A stretch of 63,588 nt of DNA, the filler included, from Choristocarpus tenellus KU-1152 (lineage: Eukaryota; Protista; Phaeophyceae), in NCBI GenBank assembly GCA_964200185.2. It is 14 parts of 14 records of this genome, joined end to end, with 100 filler letters (N's around TTAATTAATTAA, not from the genome) between each part and the next. Parts side by side here need not be neighbours in the genome. Positions count along the whole stretch, not along the records: positions 1 to 7,730 come from CAXNAD020005673.1; positions 7,831 to 11,827 come from CAXNAD020016750.1; positions 11,928 to 16,665 come from CAXNAD020013263.1; 11 more parts are not named here. One strand, 5' to 3'. The notes under the pieces were generated by a model that was not told the DNA's origin, did no database searches, and worked only from the letters and a program-made list of their open reading frames with translations. The translations under genes and the position numbers were made by a program. This document shows positions 1 to 12,275 of this stretch, in pieces (position 1 is the first letter of the stretch; each line of letters starts with the position of its first letter).

Positions 1-222
1 CCCCCCAAGATGAGCCACACTGACTCAACGCCCCCTACTAGGAGCAAGCAGCCATGGCCCTTCCATAGCTTAACCACCTTCCTCCATGCCCAGCTATGTC
101 CACTGATGTCCACATTGATCAGTTCCTGTCTTGAAAAATAATAGAACTATCTTCTCTGCTACCTTACCCCTCACCAGTTATCCCACGGTGTACCCCTTTG
201 TTGTGGCACTGTTGGACAATAG

Positions 223-3132
223 GTGGGTGTAGATACTGATGGAGACTCAGATATCTCATGCGATAGTGGTGAACATCGACGTGGCAACGGCCTTGGGGGT
301 AGAGGAGGAGGAAGGAGCAGGAGGGATGACAGTGCTGAAATCATGGCCCAGGCGGTTGAGGTAAGGTTGGTGTGTGGGCTGGGGGGGGCATCAAATGTCT
401 GAGGGGTCTGAAGAGTGAGGGTTTTATAATGTAGAGCGGTAGTCCAGCAATGCGGTTTTGGTACTGTCTCTGCCATCCTGCCCTTTTGAGTTATTTGAAA
501 GGCTAGTATATTGGAGTAATTCTCAACCATGCACAAAGGTGTATCCCAGCCAGGCGATGCAGTCTACAACAACAGCAGTCATGGCAAGAACGGAGACCTT
601 GATAACCAACAGCTCTTGTGCCCATTGCAGTCATAAGTGCTGCGGTCATACTCTTCCTCTCTTGAATATTTGGAGGATGTATGGGATAATATCCAGCTGG
701 GTACAATATACACGGGCCAAGTGTCTACTACTCCGGAGTATATTGTAGCTATGGGAACTATATCAGGAGTCAAAGTAAGTTATTCCGCCCTTGCCTCCTC
801 CCCACCTGCCACCCATCGCTGGTGCACAGGCACATCGACAGAGGGAATTCATGGAAAAAAAGCAAAACGAGCTCTTGGGCAAGCTATCAGATGCCAAGGC
901 TACAGCAATCAAACAGCAGGTGCTATGAATCGCAATGGAACAGTTGTTGGAGTGGTCGTACATATGGGCATTAGTAAGCGGACAATCTACTCCTTTGCCG
1001 CCCAACTCTCTTTCTTTGGAGTATGATCCTCAAGGCTGAAATGAAGGCCACATCCATGGCACGCAAGGGGAGAGTCATTGCAACCAGTAGTAACTCAAAG
1101 CACCCTCTCAATTCCAACGTTGTGTGTGTTGTGTGTGTCGAAAACCATCCTTTCCCCAACAATGCTGGGTTAGTGTATTAGCAGGAGGAACACGTAAGGG
1201 CGATTTGAGATACTGTGTGGTACAAAAAAAATCTAACGACTTTGTCGATTGCATCCTTCAACAAATTTACAAGGCAAGACAGCGCATCCCTTTACCCCCC
1301 CCCACTCTCATTCACCCACCCATTTCCAAGCTAGAGAACGAAGCTGAATGAAAACAGCGCCCTCATCTCAGAGTGCAACTACCTTCGAAAGGAGAATGTC
1401 ACTCTCAAGCGGCAAAATGACTCTCTCCGTCAAGACATCAAGGAGGCAAATGCACGTGTTAACATGGCCGCAGCAACATCTAATAATGCAGGAGTACGGG
1501 TATCAATTGCAACGCCAGAATCCACGCCAGGAGGAGGGTTAGGCTCCACCCTTCCTCATCAAGTGGATGGGGAAGTGGGAATAGTAGGACAGGGGGTTGA
1601 GTCTCCATCTCGTGTTTCTTGTGGTTCAAGTATGGCAACAGCATCTGATTCAGGAATTTTGCAGAATCAACTGGGGTGGGGAGAGAGCATTATGCCTCCA
1701 ATGGTCGGACCTGTGGGCAAAAAGGAGAAGGTTGGTGCTAGGAATATGAATGTGAAGGAGGTAGGGAGGGGACAACTGAGTTGCCATAGTTAGAGGTAGA
1801 TGCTGCTTGCAAACATCACTCTCCGAACGACAAACTATTACGGCCTTGGCAAGTCCAGGGCAACAGACAGCAAGATAAAACATACATTTCACCACCTACT
1901 TTCAATGTGTTTGTCAACAGCAGGGAAGGGCGAATTAGGTTGTCACACGCAACAACCAGGTCACCTCTCCAATAAAGAGATCTCTACATGACCTAACATA
2001 CCTTCCCTTCACCATCCAATCTGTAGTTGTTTTCCCAACCTCTAAATAATAGCGATATACCATTGTACAGACAACACTAACCTATCAATCTGCCATCTCT
2101 TTTTGTCCTCTCAACTTCCCCTCTTCCCATAATTCAATTCAACCCCCACAGCCAGATCAGACAACAACACCTGTCCGCTCTCTACTAGACTTTGATGGGG
2201 TGGAGGAGAAGAGAGGAGGCCAAACCTGGCCTGAGACCGCTTTCAATGGAGGAGCAGGCAGGCCCCCACACAACCAGGGTCTGTCTGCAAGGTGGCAGGA
2301 TAGGCCTGGGGGACAAAAGCATGGTCCTGGTGCAGAGCACCGGCGGAGATCTGTTGGACAACTAGGATCCCTCACCTCCTCGGCTTCTGCAAATTCCTTG
2401 CTACAGACCCATCAGAGGCGCTGGCAACAAGGACAGAGACAGACCAAAGGACAGCGCCAACGGGGGCCTTTGCTCTCAAGTAGTGCTGGGGGGAGGGGGA
2501 CATCTGAGGCACATGAATGGAGGTTGGGAGGGAGAGGCGTGGTAGGCTGTGGTTTGGTCAAGGGCAATACCAGGGCTTTGCATACACAGGTAAGTTGTAA
2601 GTGAATGTTCATCACAACTCACGTTTCCCATGGAACTCATCTTCTTGCAGATTGTTTATGTTTGGTGTGATATCTTAACCAGGGTGCGTGCCTTGTTTGT
2701 TTTTCACTGTGTCAGGCCACCCAGCTGGAAGAGAGTCTTCGGCTCGAGCGTGAGTTAGATGAGAAGGAGCGTGAGATACACATGCAACGATCAGAGATAC
2801 ACACCCTGAGAGAACATTTACGCCTCTTCAGCAGAAGTCCGGGCCAAAGTGGCAACAGCAGTAGACATGAGAATGTATCATCAGGAGGGGAACAGGACAG
2901 GTCTCCCCAAGGCACACCCCCAACACAAAGTGTAGACAGTCTCCCGGTTTCACAGCAGACCCGACAGAGAGAGAATGCTGGTGTTAGGACACGGACACCA
3001 GGGGATAGGATGGGGACAGAGGTGCCACCGCCAGGGGCACATGTACCCCTACAAAAGGAATCTGGTGAACCAAGGGGGGAAGCTAATCTAGACCTGACTC
3101 TGTCTGCAACAGGCCCAGCGTCAGGAGCATGA
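223..3132 (+). CDS. CFAP57: CFAP57/WDR65-like flagellar coiled-coil protein, 3' part (5' end beyond window start)
   Basis: Phase-0 GT-AG exons 223-360, 830-919, 1335-1760, 2152-2589, 2716-3132 splice into one frame ending in TGA. They give EAHRQREFMEKKQNELLGKL...KLNENSALISECNYLRKEN and RELDEKEREIHMQRSEIHTLR, resembling the CFAP57 C-terminal motifs (E..RQRE.LE..., M.EN..LI.EIN.LR, EMQR.EI..LR) as I recall them. Confidence 0.7.
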
Positions 3133-3984
3133 TGTCCCTTGGCTTGTTACATGCACTACTGGTGGTGGTGGTGTTGGTGCTGGATGTCCCTTACAGAGCA
3201 GCATAGCTCTTCCCTTTTGATGCTCTGTCATTAGTCTTGTCACTAGAGCTCTACGATGCCTATATACTCATTATATATAGTAGAATAAAAGGCAAAAGGT
3301 CTTTTGAGAGAGCCAAAACAGTGCACAAAGGCGAGGATGAGGTAGGCACATGCCCAACTCTCTGCATCAATCATTATTACTGCACTATTAATAGATGCCT
3401 TGGATAATCCCCACCAAAGAGACAAGTAGACCTCATGGATTGCTGTCATCAGAGTTCACCCACTGCTTGCCAAGAGCTTACATCCTTTCCAATTCACTCC
3501 CATACCCAGAGGGTCTCTACATGTCTGTATATGCTGGGAAAGTCACTCCATATCAGTTTAGTATTCATCTCTTCAAGTGGATTCTGTCAAAATTGCAGAC
3601 ACGGTCCTTTTAGGAGGTACTTGAGTGCATGAAAACGTGAAACCTACCTTACAGCACCCACAGTGCAACACCCACAGTTTTTCAGTCACCAGCACCTCCC
3701 ACTAGGTGCATCATCCCTGTTCAATATTGACACTTCCCTTGCCTCAAAAAAAAGGGCTCACTTCCAGGTAGAAATCTGTGTCCGACCAACCCACTACTAA
3801 CACTAGCCTTAGCCATTCATACGCCAGCTGCATTCCAGCCTGTGTGTCCACAAGGCTACCTCAAGGTACAGATGCACAACCCTTCGCCATGGTCCCTTGT
3901 GTAAACAGGGAAGAACTCCAAGAACCCCAAACTTCCCTCCTAAATTTGTGTACTTCCTGAGTCGGGATACCCTGCCAGATGTCG

Positions 3985-6900
3985 TTACGTATAATTGCCC
4001 ATCATGATCACGTCATCTATCTTCAATATCATCTTCACCACCTGTTCAAACCACCACAAAAATATGCATGCAAAGGAGGTCAGTAGCACAATGGAACCGG
4101 GGTTGGGTAGATGGGGGGGGGGTTAGGAGGTACATTGCACCAAAGCTGTCTGTGCCGAATCAAACATTCTGAGGGTAGTTTCCTTCCTTGTGTACTCCCA
4201 CCAAACAAGCCTGGTGTAGGAGAGCGTCTAAGACAAGCCACTTACATGCACCTTAACAAAATGCTCCAGATGAAGGACTAGAAAGAGGGACAAAGCAAAA
4301 CCCTGCCTGGATATGGAGAGCAAATGAACAAAAAGTGCGCGCGACTTCAAGAGCAAGGCATCATGTACCACAACAAAAGTTCAACACACTAACCACTCCC
4401 CTACTGTAGTACACAAAACACCACTCCGCAATGCAATATACAGAAACCTTCGAAAGACTCTCTCATGCACCAAGACAAACCCAAAGGTGTGGATAAAAAC
4501 TGTGAGTATGAATATGAGTATGAGTATGACCTGGGTGGCAAGAAGCAGTTGCTGTTGTTTCCCAATAAGGGTTTCAAAGATGCCCTGCTGCTTCATGTCG
4601 TAGGTACCATCCTGGTTGCAGTCAATGCCCAAAGTCGCGCACCCATCAGTGACCTGCTTAGATTTCACAGCAGACAACTCCGTGATAGGCGCCAGGCCTG
4701 CATTTTCCGCCAGGGCCATCGGAATGTCATCCAAGGCATCTGCAAAGCTCCGGACAGCATACTGGTAGGAATTGGTTTGTATACACCGACATCAAAATTT
4801 AGGGTTAGGGTTGCGGTCAACAAATGTAGCAGCAGCAGCAGCAGTAGTAGTAGTTTTTTTCTCACTATCTCACAACAAACAACCAAACTGCGAATTACTT
4901 GTGGAGGTAGTGGGGAAGCAGAAAATGCCACCCAAGGTGATAACTCAGTATGTCATGTGGGAGTGAGGTAGAGCTCTACTGGTCAGACACAACTGAAGAG
5001 TGAGATGCACAGCAAGTCCCCTCCAGCGCCTGGAGATAATGGAAATGGAGGGTGTGGCATCCAATGAGGGGGAGGGTGGGGGGACTGTGGCACCTGTTCG
5101 ACACCTGAAATCTCTTCCGCAGCACGAGACACAGCTATACTGCAGCTGATCTCTGATGACCCACCCCCGTACACAATGCGCTTGTCCTTGATGAGGTTTC
5201 GGACAACACACATTGCATCGTGAAGGGATCGTTTCGCCTCCTCCACTATCATCTGCAAAAAAGAGGCGTGTGTTATTAAATATAGTAGTGCACTTGTCAT
5301 TACTGTCATGTACTTCAAACCTCCATGGATGTAGATAGCGCTCTTTGAGTGTGTCATTATCAGGTGCTGTGAATTGAAACATGTCAAGCACCAAGATATA
5401 AAAAAGAAGAGGGTAAACAGCATGGAAGAAAAAAGAGACCAATCAGATCAAACTCTTTTGTTGATATCAACGCCAATTGAGTCGTCACATGGCGGTTCAT
5501 TCAATATGTGATTCATGACACAAACATCTGAGATATTCTATTCAAGTTGGACAAACCTTCTCAAAACTGTTTTTGGTCAGTGTTGATGTACTCTGGGGAA
5601 TAATTTGAACCAGAAAAACCTGACTCATCTATTATAAGTCGGATGACTGGGTCAGTCAATCAACTCTGCAGTGATTTGATAAAGCACTCTGGTTGCCACT
5701 TACTCACTGCAGCTTCTTACCTTTTTACCAACTGCTTAAAACCCCCCCCAAAGGTGCTTGTGCCCTGAAACATCCCCTTTCATTCTTTGAATCTTTAAGA
5801 GAGCAAAAAGCCTGGGATCAACTAAGAAACCCTTAAAATGTCTCCAAATAGCGTAACATTTAAGTGCACCCAAAAATAAACTAGAGCAAGAAAGCCTTTT
5901 CAATTCACCTTGAACCACTTTTTTCTCAACTCCCAAACTCTCTAGGTAGATCTGAACTGATTCGGGTCACACCCCCCACACACCAAAAACATTTCATTTT
6001 CCAAAGTATTTTCCATTACAACAGCAAATGCAAGGGACACCATGATGGTAACGCCCGAGCACAAAACACCAACTCCATCGCAGAGTCCCCAAGTTCACAC
6101 TCACTTTCCAAAATCTAAGCAAAACAACGCCAAAACTCGTGCAGACAATGCACAAAAAGGTGTACCTTATTTCCACCACGCACAAGAACCGTCACAGCGG
6201 TGGAGTTGGCACAATCCTCAATAACCAGCATCCTCTCCTTGGTAGTGCCAAAGTGTACCTCCCGAACTGTTCCAGCCTTGCCCAGCTTGGCCTCCTTCAA
6301 CTCACTACATTTTTCATAAGGTAAATCATCGGGGGAGAGGGGCAAGAAAAAAAAAGACAAGGAAGTGCATGATTTGAAACTGCACTGGAACACACGCTAC
6401 CCTTGGACAAAGAAGGAACAAACACCATCAACAACGCCTCAGAATACTCTGCTCCTGCCCGTGCTTGTGCACTCCCAGCGGCCAAGATACTACTACAAAG
6501 TTCAATCTATTTTTCATCACAACTCAAGTTCAGCAACAGAAAACCTATGACCCTATGACAACAAATACAGAGGCGTTTTATCCTCCCCACCCTTCGATCT
6601 ACCTCACTGACACACAGTAACTTCACTCCCAGCAGGAAATAGACAAGACATTTTCCCCACATGCTCTTCCTCTCCTTGCACACACGTATCATTAGCGACA
6701 CACCAAGAAATCTCCACATCCCGCCCAGCACAGCTTATTCCTGCCACAACCCTCAACGACTAAGACATAGTTACTTGTCTTGCCCCTGACTACTCCCTTT
6801 TCATCCTCAAACAACAAGCACCCCTCAACTATGGTACCACCCTTCACTTCATCAACCCCCCTCTCCTAGATAGACCTCCCACCTACTCCCTGTATCCCCC

Positions 6901-7353
6901 TTCACAGTGTGCCCCTCATCAACTCCAAACTCAACTTCCAGAAAAAACTATAACCCTCTGTATCCCCCTTCTCCAGTCCTACATTTCATCCACCATTGCC
7001 ATGATCACAACAGGGCTTGTCAATATTTGACTGTTCCCCTTCTCCCCCCAAATCTGTCTCCCCCCCTCCTACCCATTCCCTCAGCTTTCTGACCCTATCC
7101 TCAGTAAGTCACTGTCTTACTACTAGGATGCCACCAAATATGTATCCACTTACATTTTCCCCTTCCCCTATAGAGCAATATATACATACTAGAGTGAAAT
7201 TTTAGAGGCTTACCTGAATCGAGGAACAATGCGCGCCCCAGTTGCAATAGCTATCAACTCCAGCTCCATACCCCCCACCCAGCGCACAGCTGGAAGCTCC
7301 GACTGCAAAAGAAGATGATTGGCCTCATCATCAAATCCCCACTGACATATCAC
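3985..7353 (-). CDS. CCT5: T-complex protein 1 subunit epsilon (CCT5), last five exons
   Basis: Exons 7214-7353 ([42 protein letters not shown]), 6166-6304 ([28 protein letters not shown]), 5094-5252 ([20 protein letters not shown]), 4531-4761 ([35 protein letters not shown]), 3985-4041 ([12 protein letters not shown]..stop). Phases are consistent. Confidence 0.97.
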
Positions 7354-7641
7354 CTGCACTTGGAGAGAAAGATAGTGACCCCCAGGCCAAATCAGAATGC
7401 GTGATCAGTATATCGAGAATGGATGCAATATCACCACCGGGGCAAAAAGAAAAAACATGCTCACATTCACATTCACAGGCAGAGCATGCATGTTTTTTTT
7501 TCTTTTTTTACGCATCTATTGGTACACCATTACTGTGAAAAATCCTCAATGGTGAATTAGGTCAACAGAATGCCTTCTGCCCGCAACAACTCCTGCAACA
7601 CACCCTACCACAGAAAGCGGATATTTCCACTGCATAAATAT

Positions 7642-7679
<38 letters not shown>

Positions 7680-7730
7680 GGGGGGGTGGGGGGTAAAAGA
7701 AAAAAAAAAAAACAAATAATCCTCTTTCTC

Positions 7731-7830
7731 NNNNNNNNNNNNNNNNNNNNNNNNNNNNNNNNNNNNNNNNNNNNTTAATTAATTAANNNNNNNNNNNNNN
7801 NNNNNNNNNNNNNNNNNNNNNNNNNNNNNN
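7731..7830. other. Artificial contig linker (N44 + TTAATTAATTAA + N44); first of 13
   Basis: Identical 100-nt spacer with stops in all six frames at 7731, 11828, 16666, 19495, 25113, 28048, 33539, 41496, 44259, 49804, 54177, 57575 and 60919. Confidence 0.99.
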
Positions 7831-8021
7831 AACTGTTGAATATGTGAATATTGTAAATTTGGATATGAAGTTACATTCTACTGCTGTATAATCATTGTCT
7901 TACATGCATTAATACCATTCAAACAGAGAATATTTTAGTTCAAATTCCAACTGTTCAAAATTCATATGTTGATCTACTTCTGAATATGTACTACAGTTTC
8001 AGTTATAGACTGTTCAATGCC

Positions 8022-8443
8022 TACTTTTGTGGAATGTTTTAAGCCGTCATCATATTGTACTTCTCCGTCATGATGACCCTTCCCACCTCCTAGTCTTGTT
8101 TGAATAAATCAAACCCACATTTCCAGTTCTGTAAGCTCGAGAAACAAGCAAGAAGGGAAGACTGTGGTCAACTCTTCACCCCTGGCTCTCCTTTTTCAAT
8201 TCTGGTTGGACATCTGGAAAGGACATCCTGCGAGGAGAGCAGATTGTGGTAATCGATGTTGAGGAGATGCGACCCTGTTGTGTGGTCAGCCGGGATTCAC
8301 TTCCTTAACCAGTCCCTCCCCCTGTGTCCCTACTAGCACCTTACACAGTATTACTTGGATAGGAAAGGACTACTTGTTCATCGTGAAGGTGAAGGACAGG
8401 GGTGACACCCACGATGCACTTTCTGGTCGAAATCTTGCAGGAG
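8022..8443 (+). repeat. Left arm of long inverted repeat (partner 11191-11609)
   Basis: For example ctagtcttgtttgaataaatcaaacccacatttccagttctgtaagctc here is matched by gagcttacagaactggaaatgtgggtttgatttattcaaacaagactag near 11496-11545. Confidence 0.95.
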
Positions 8444-11190
8444 AGTGCTGGTGGAAGACAAAGTAATATGTCTGAGGATTTGGAGGCATCACTTATTGAA
8501 GTTGTGGGTGGAGGCACAAGTTGCTTTTGGTAAAGTATTTTGCCAGGTGCAGACAGGGACGAGACTGATAGTAAATACAATGAGGATATTCGACAGCATC
8601 GCATTCTTTCTTGCGTTGCAGTTATTTTTCTTGATGAATTGAAAATTGAAACGCCACATCATACTGCTGGCCATGATATTAACACTTCCAACATCTATGG
8701 AAACATCGAAATGTTTTATCCTGAATTTGTATGTAGAAACGAGGGTTCAGTTCCACGAGGAGACAAAAATATTGTTGCATTGCGGATCTTCTTGTAGGAT
8801 GCCAATTTCTTTTCTGACAATGCATTGTTGATCTTGGTCCTGCACTGTAGCTAGTCGAGATGTATACCATATTTCAGACCGACCATTTGGGAAGATGATA
8901 GCAAGGACAGCCTGTCCTCAAAAATTATTTAGAGATGAAGATTGTGAGGGTTTGGTAGCTCGTTGTTTTTTGTTTTTTTCTGCTGAGAAATATTTCACAG
9001 GAACCCTCTACTTACACATCTGTAATTTCACAGGAAACACATGACATTGAGAAGGACAAAGAATTTCCCTCCTTTTTAATAGGTTCTAACTCCAAGGTAA
9101 TGACCTCTGCTGCAACTCGTCGATGGTAATGGCCTCTGGACTCTTGCAGTTCAAACAGAGATCAAGACAATACAGAAACAGAAACATTCAACTATCAATC
9201 TCAGGGACATATGCTACAACTTTCGGGTACACAAGAAAAGGGAGGCAAGGACACCAAGGTGGTGAGGTATATTCTCCTTACATGCAAGTGAAATATCATT
9301 TGGGCTCCAGGGGTTATACTTGGGGTGTAACTCATTACTCACTTGGATACTCGTTGTAGGAAAATCCTTTGAATTCTTGTGTAATGGTTATTGCATATGC
9401 AAAGTGAAGATTCCTGCCCACAAGAAACGAACGCCAGAATGTGTGCTACACAGGCGTTGACCAAAGGAAGCAGACTGGTAATGGAAATTTTGTGCATCCA
9501 GATTATCGCACATCTCACAGGATCACATTTAGAGATTGATTACCACAGTCGCAGGATCTATCCTTCCTAGAATTCATATCAATACTGTGCGAAGGATGCA
9601 GATGATGATAGCCTGCTCTTCTTGATTGATTGATGAGATAGAGGGATGGTATGGTGGGTATATGGCAAATTCAGAAAATATGAACATAATATGCATATGC
9701 AAATTGAGAGGGCCATGTGGTTGCAGCATGAAAATGGTCTTTGTTGATGCCTAAGACCTTTTGGTATCTAGGTATCTACATATATATTATATATATATTG
9801 AAGTACTTGGTAAAGTTCAACAAAATCATTTTCTTCACTTATTAAGTACTTATGACATAGATATTCTTTTTACAGGAAATTGCAGAAGTGAGATAATCGA
9901 AAGCTGCCCTTCTATTGTGTAACTCGTTGATGGCATTGCAGAAAAAATATTTGTTAGGGGGAGGGTCAAAATAAAATGATATACTGACCAAGGGATGCAC
10001 TTCATTAATCCTTTGCTAGAGCACTTCAGAGTTGAGAATACGCATTGCAATGGTGATATTGCACAACTTGAGCACATGTCAAAACAGAACACAATACTTT
10101 GAGCAGAATGCCTGCAAGACAACTTTGAAATATTTGATACCAACCTTGTTTCGTGGCAATCATCAGGAGGTGGTGACTGGTTCCTCACTTTTTGTATCTC
10201 TAGAGACAATAACAAGGGATATGTATGAGGCAGGGTGGAGTCACGCACCAGACCCAGGACACTTTGTTTACAATTATCGGTGAAAATCACTCCCCCCGGG
10301 GTGAACTCTTCCATCACAAGTAGCACATCTCCCCCAGTCACTAATGTGCACACTTTATTGCCGTAGAGAGGGGTATGGCAGCAATGCTCCAATCTGCATT
10401 GACAAATATTGCAATTATGGCACAATATCTTTGGAGTATCTGCAATACTGAGTCAAGATATGGGCAGTTGTTTCAGCTGCAGGAAAGTGTAACGAAAGAA
10501 ATATAATATTATTATGACCTGTGCTGAGGGCGACCCTGTGGCCCATTTCTGGTTCACCAAGAGACATTATCCTATATCTGAGAGGTGCATATTTACGCCT
10601 CTTCCATCTCTTGGAGTATGTGTAGTAGGTAGAGCTTCAAAATATCGTGACTGAAACCCATTTTCACATGCTTGAAATGACGTTAAGCCCTCTAACGAGT
10701 GCTGTAGAAAGCACCATTGATCACTCCAGCATACTAGAATAACAAATACAAGAAGGCACTTACACATGGCCTACGTACTCATCAATATCCCCTCCTTAGA
10801 GACAGGATAGCTCAAACTAACAAGTCAAAAGTACAGAAAAAAATGTACTTCCTCAAGTAGACAGTTTATGATGAAATATTCCCCGGTCAGGCTCTTGGGT
10901 CACTCGTCAACAAGTCACACACAGTCCAAAAACGTTTGCCGATGAAAATATCGTATTGTCGAGGTAGAGATGTCAAATGTGCGTTTTCAATTAAAAAAAA
11001 AAAACATTGGAATGTAGTACATATCAGGACACAACCTCTCTAATCCACCTGCAGCTATCCACGTTCCATACCTAAATCCAAGAATGTCAAATTGTGCCAA
11101 AGGTATCAAGGTTCCTATTACATTACACAAATTTATATGACGTACTACTGTGGAGTGGATGGTAAATGTTGTAATCTTTCCCGAAGAAAA

Positions 11191-11609
11191 TCTTCTACAA
11201 GGTTTCGATTGGGAAGTGCATCGTGGGTGTCACTCTTGCCCTTCACCTTCACGATGAACAAGTAGTCCTTTCCTCTATCCAAGTAATACTGTATTAGCTG
11301 TTGGTAGGGAGACAGGAGGAGGAAACTGGTTGAGGTAGTGAGTCCCAGTTGACCACACATATAGTCGCATCTGTCAACATCGATTACCACAATCTGCTAT
11401 CCTCGCAGGATATACTTTCCAGATGTCCAACCAGAATTGAAAGAGGAGAGCCAGGGGTGAAGAGTTGACCACAGTCTTCCTTCTTGCTTGTTCTTGAGCT
11501 TACAGAACTGGAAATGTGGGTTTGATTTATTCAAACAAGACTAGGAGGTGGGGAGGGTCATCATGATGGAGAAGTACAATATGATGATTGAAAACATTCC
11601 ACAAAAGTA
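11191..11609 (-). repeat. Right arm of long inverted repeat (partner 8022-8443)
   Basis: Reverse complement of the left arm; both translate to GKDYLFIVKVK..DTHDAL..RNL. Confidence 0.95.
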
Positions 11610-12275
11610 TCCCTTGTCATAGTTGGATATTCTACATCTCAAATTGTAGTACGTTCTATTTAGAGTAAATTTGAATTCTTAAAAGTTTGAACTTACATAT
11701 AAATATACTGTATTCCAATGGAATCAATGGAATATAGTATATATATAAACAACTATGATAAAGTAGTCTAATATAGCTTCTTTCAACAATTCCAGTCCAG
11801 ATTTCATTTGAAAATACCTTCACATACNNNNNNNNNNNNNNNNNNNNNNNNNNNNNNNNNNNNNNNNNNNNTTAATTAATTAANNNNNNNNNNNNNNNNN
11901 NNNNNNNNNNNNNNNNNNNNNNNNNNNCCGGTGGCGGCGGACCTGGCGGGGGGCCGGGAAAGGAAAAAAAGAGGGCCCTTTGCCCCCCCCCCCCCCCAGA
12001 CCAAAGACAAATGGAGAGATTATGTATGCATTGAATGTTCAAACTTAATGAACATCTCTTTGCCTGCCTCCTTCCTCCCCTCTCCTGATTGGGGTCTGCT
12101 CTGTGATCAATTTTTGTGATCAATTTTGTCACACACCTGCCAATGAGCAAATTCATCTCAGTGGCCACATGCAGTAGGAGGGCACAAAACAAAAAGAAAC
12201 ACACAAGACACACACCAGGAAACACAGCAGCCAACTGTAAGTTTTCTCCATAGCAAAAGCTGGAGAGACACTCAC

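Larger units (their letters stand above)
7831..11827. mobile_element. Decayed ~4 kb element with long inverted arms (MULE/foldback-like, or an inverted gene duplication)
   Basis: 8022-8443 is the reverse complement of 11191-11609 at visibly high identity, and weaker similarity extends toward both contig ends. The interior carries stop- and frameshift-broken reading frames on both strands. Confidence 0.6.

Noticed and set aside
4465-4971. 168-aa plus-strand ORF, and similar antisense ORFs at 12312-12656 and 34678-35181
   Set aside because: These are shadows of real minus-strand exons (CCT5, USP10-like, coiled-coil gene).
7775-7786. TTAATTAATTAA as a biological motif, and gene neighbourhoods spanning it
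   Set aside because: It is an artificial six-frame stop linker between N runs; cross-contig synteny is meaningless.
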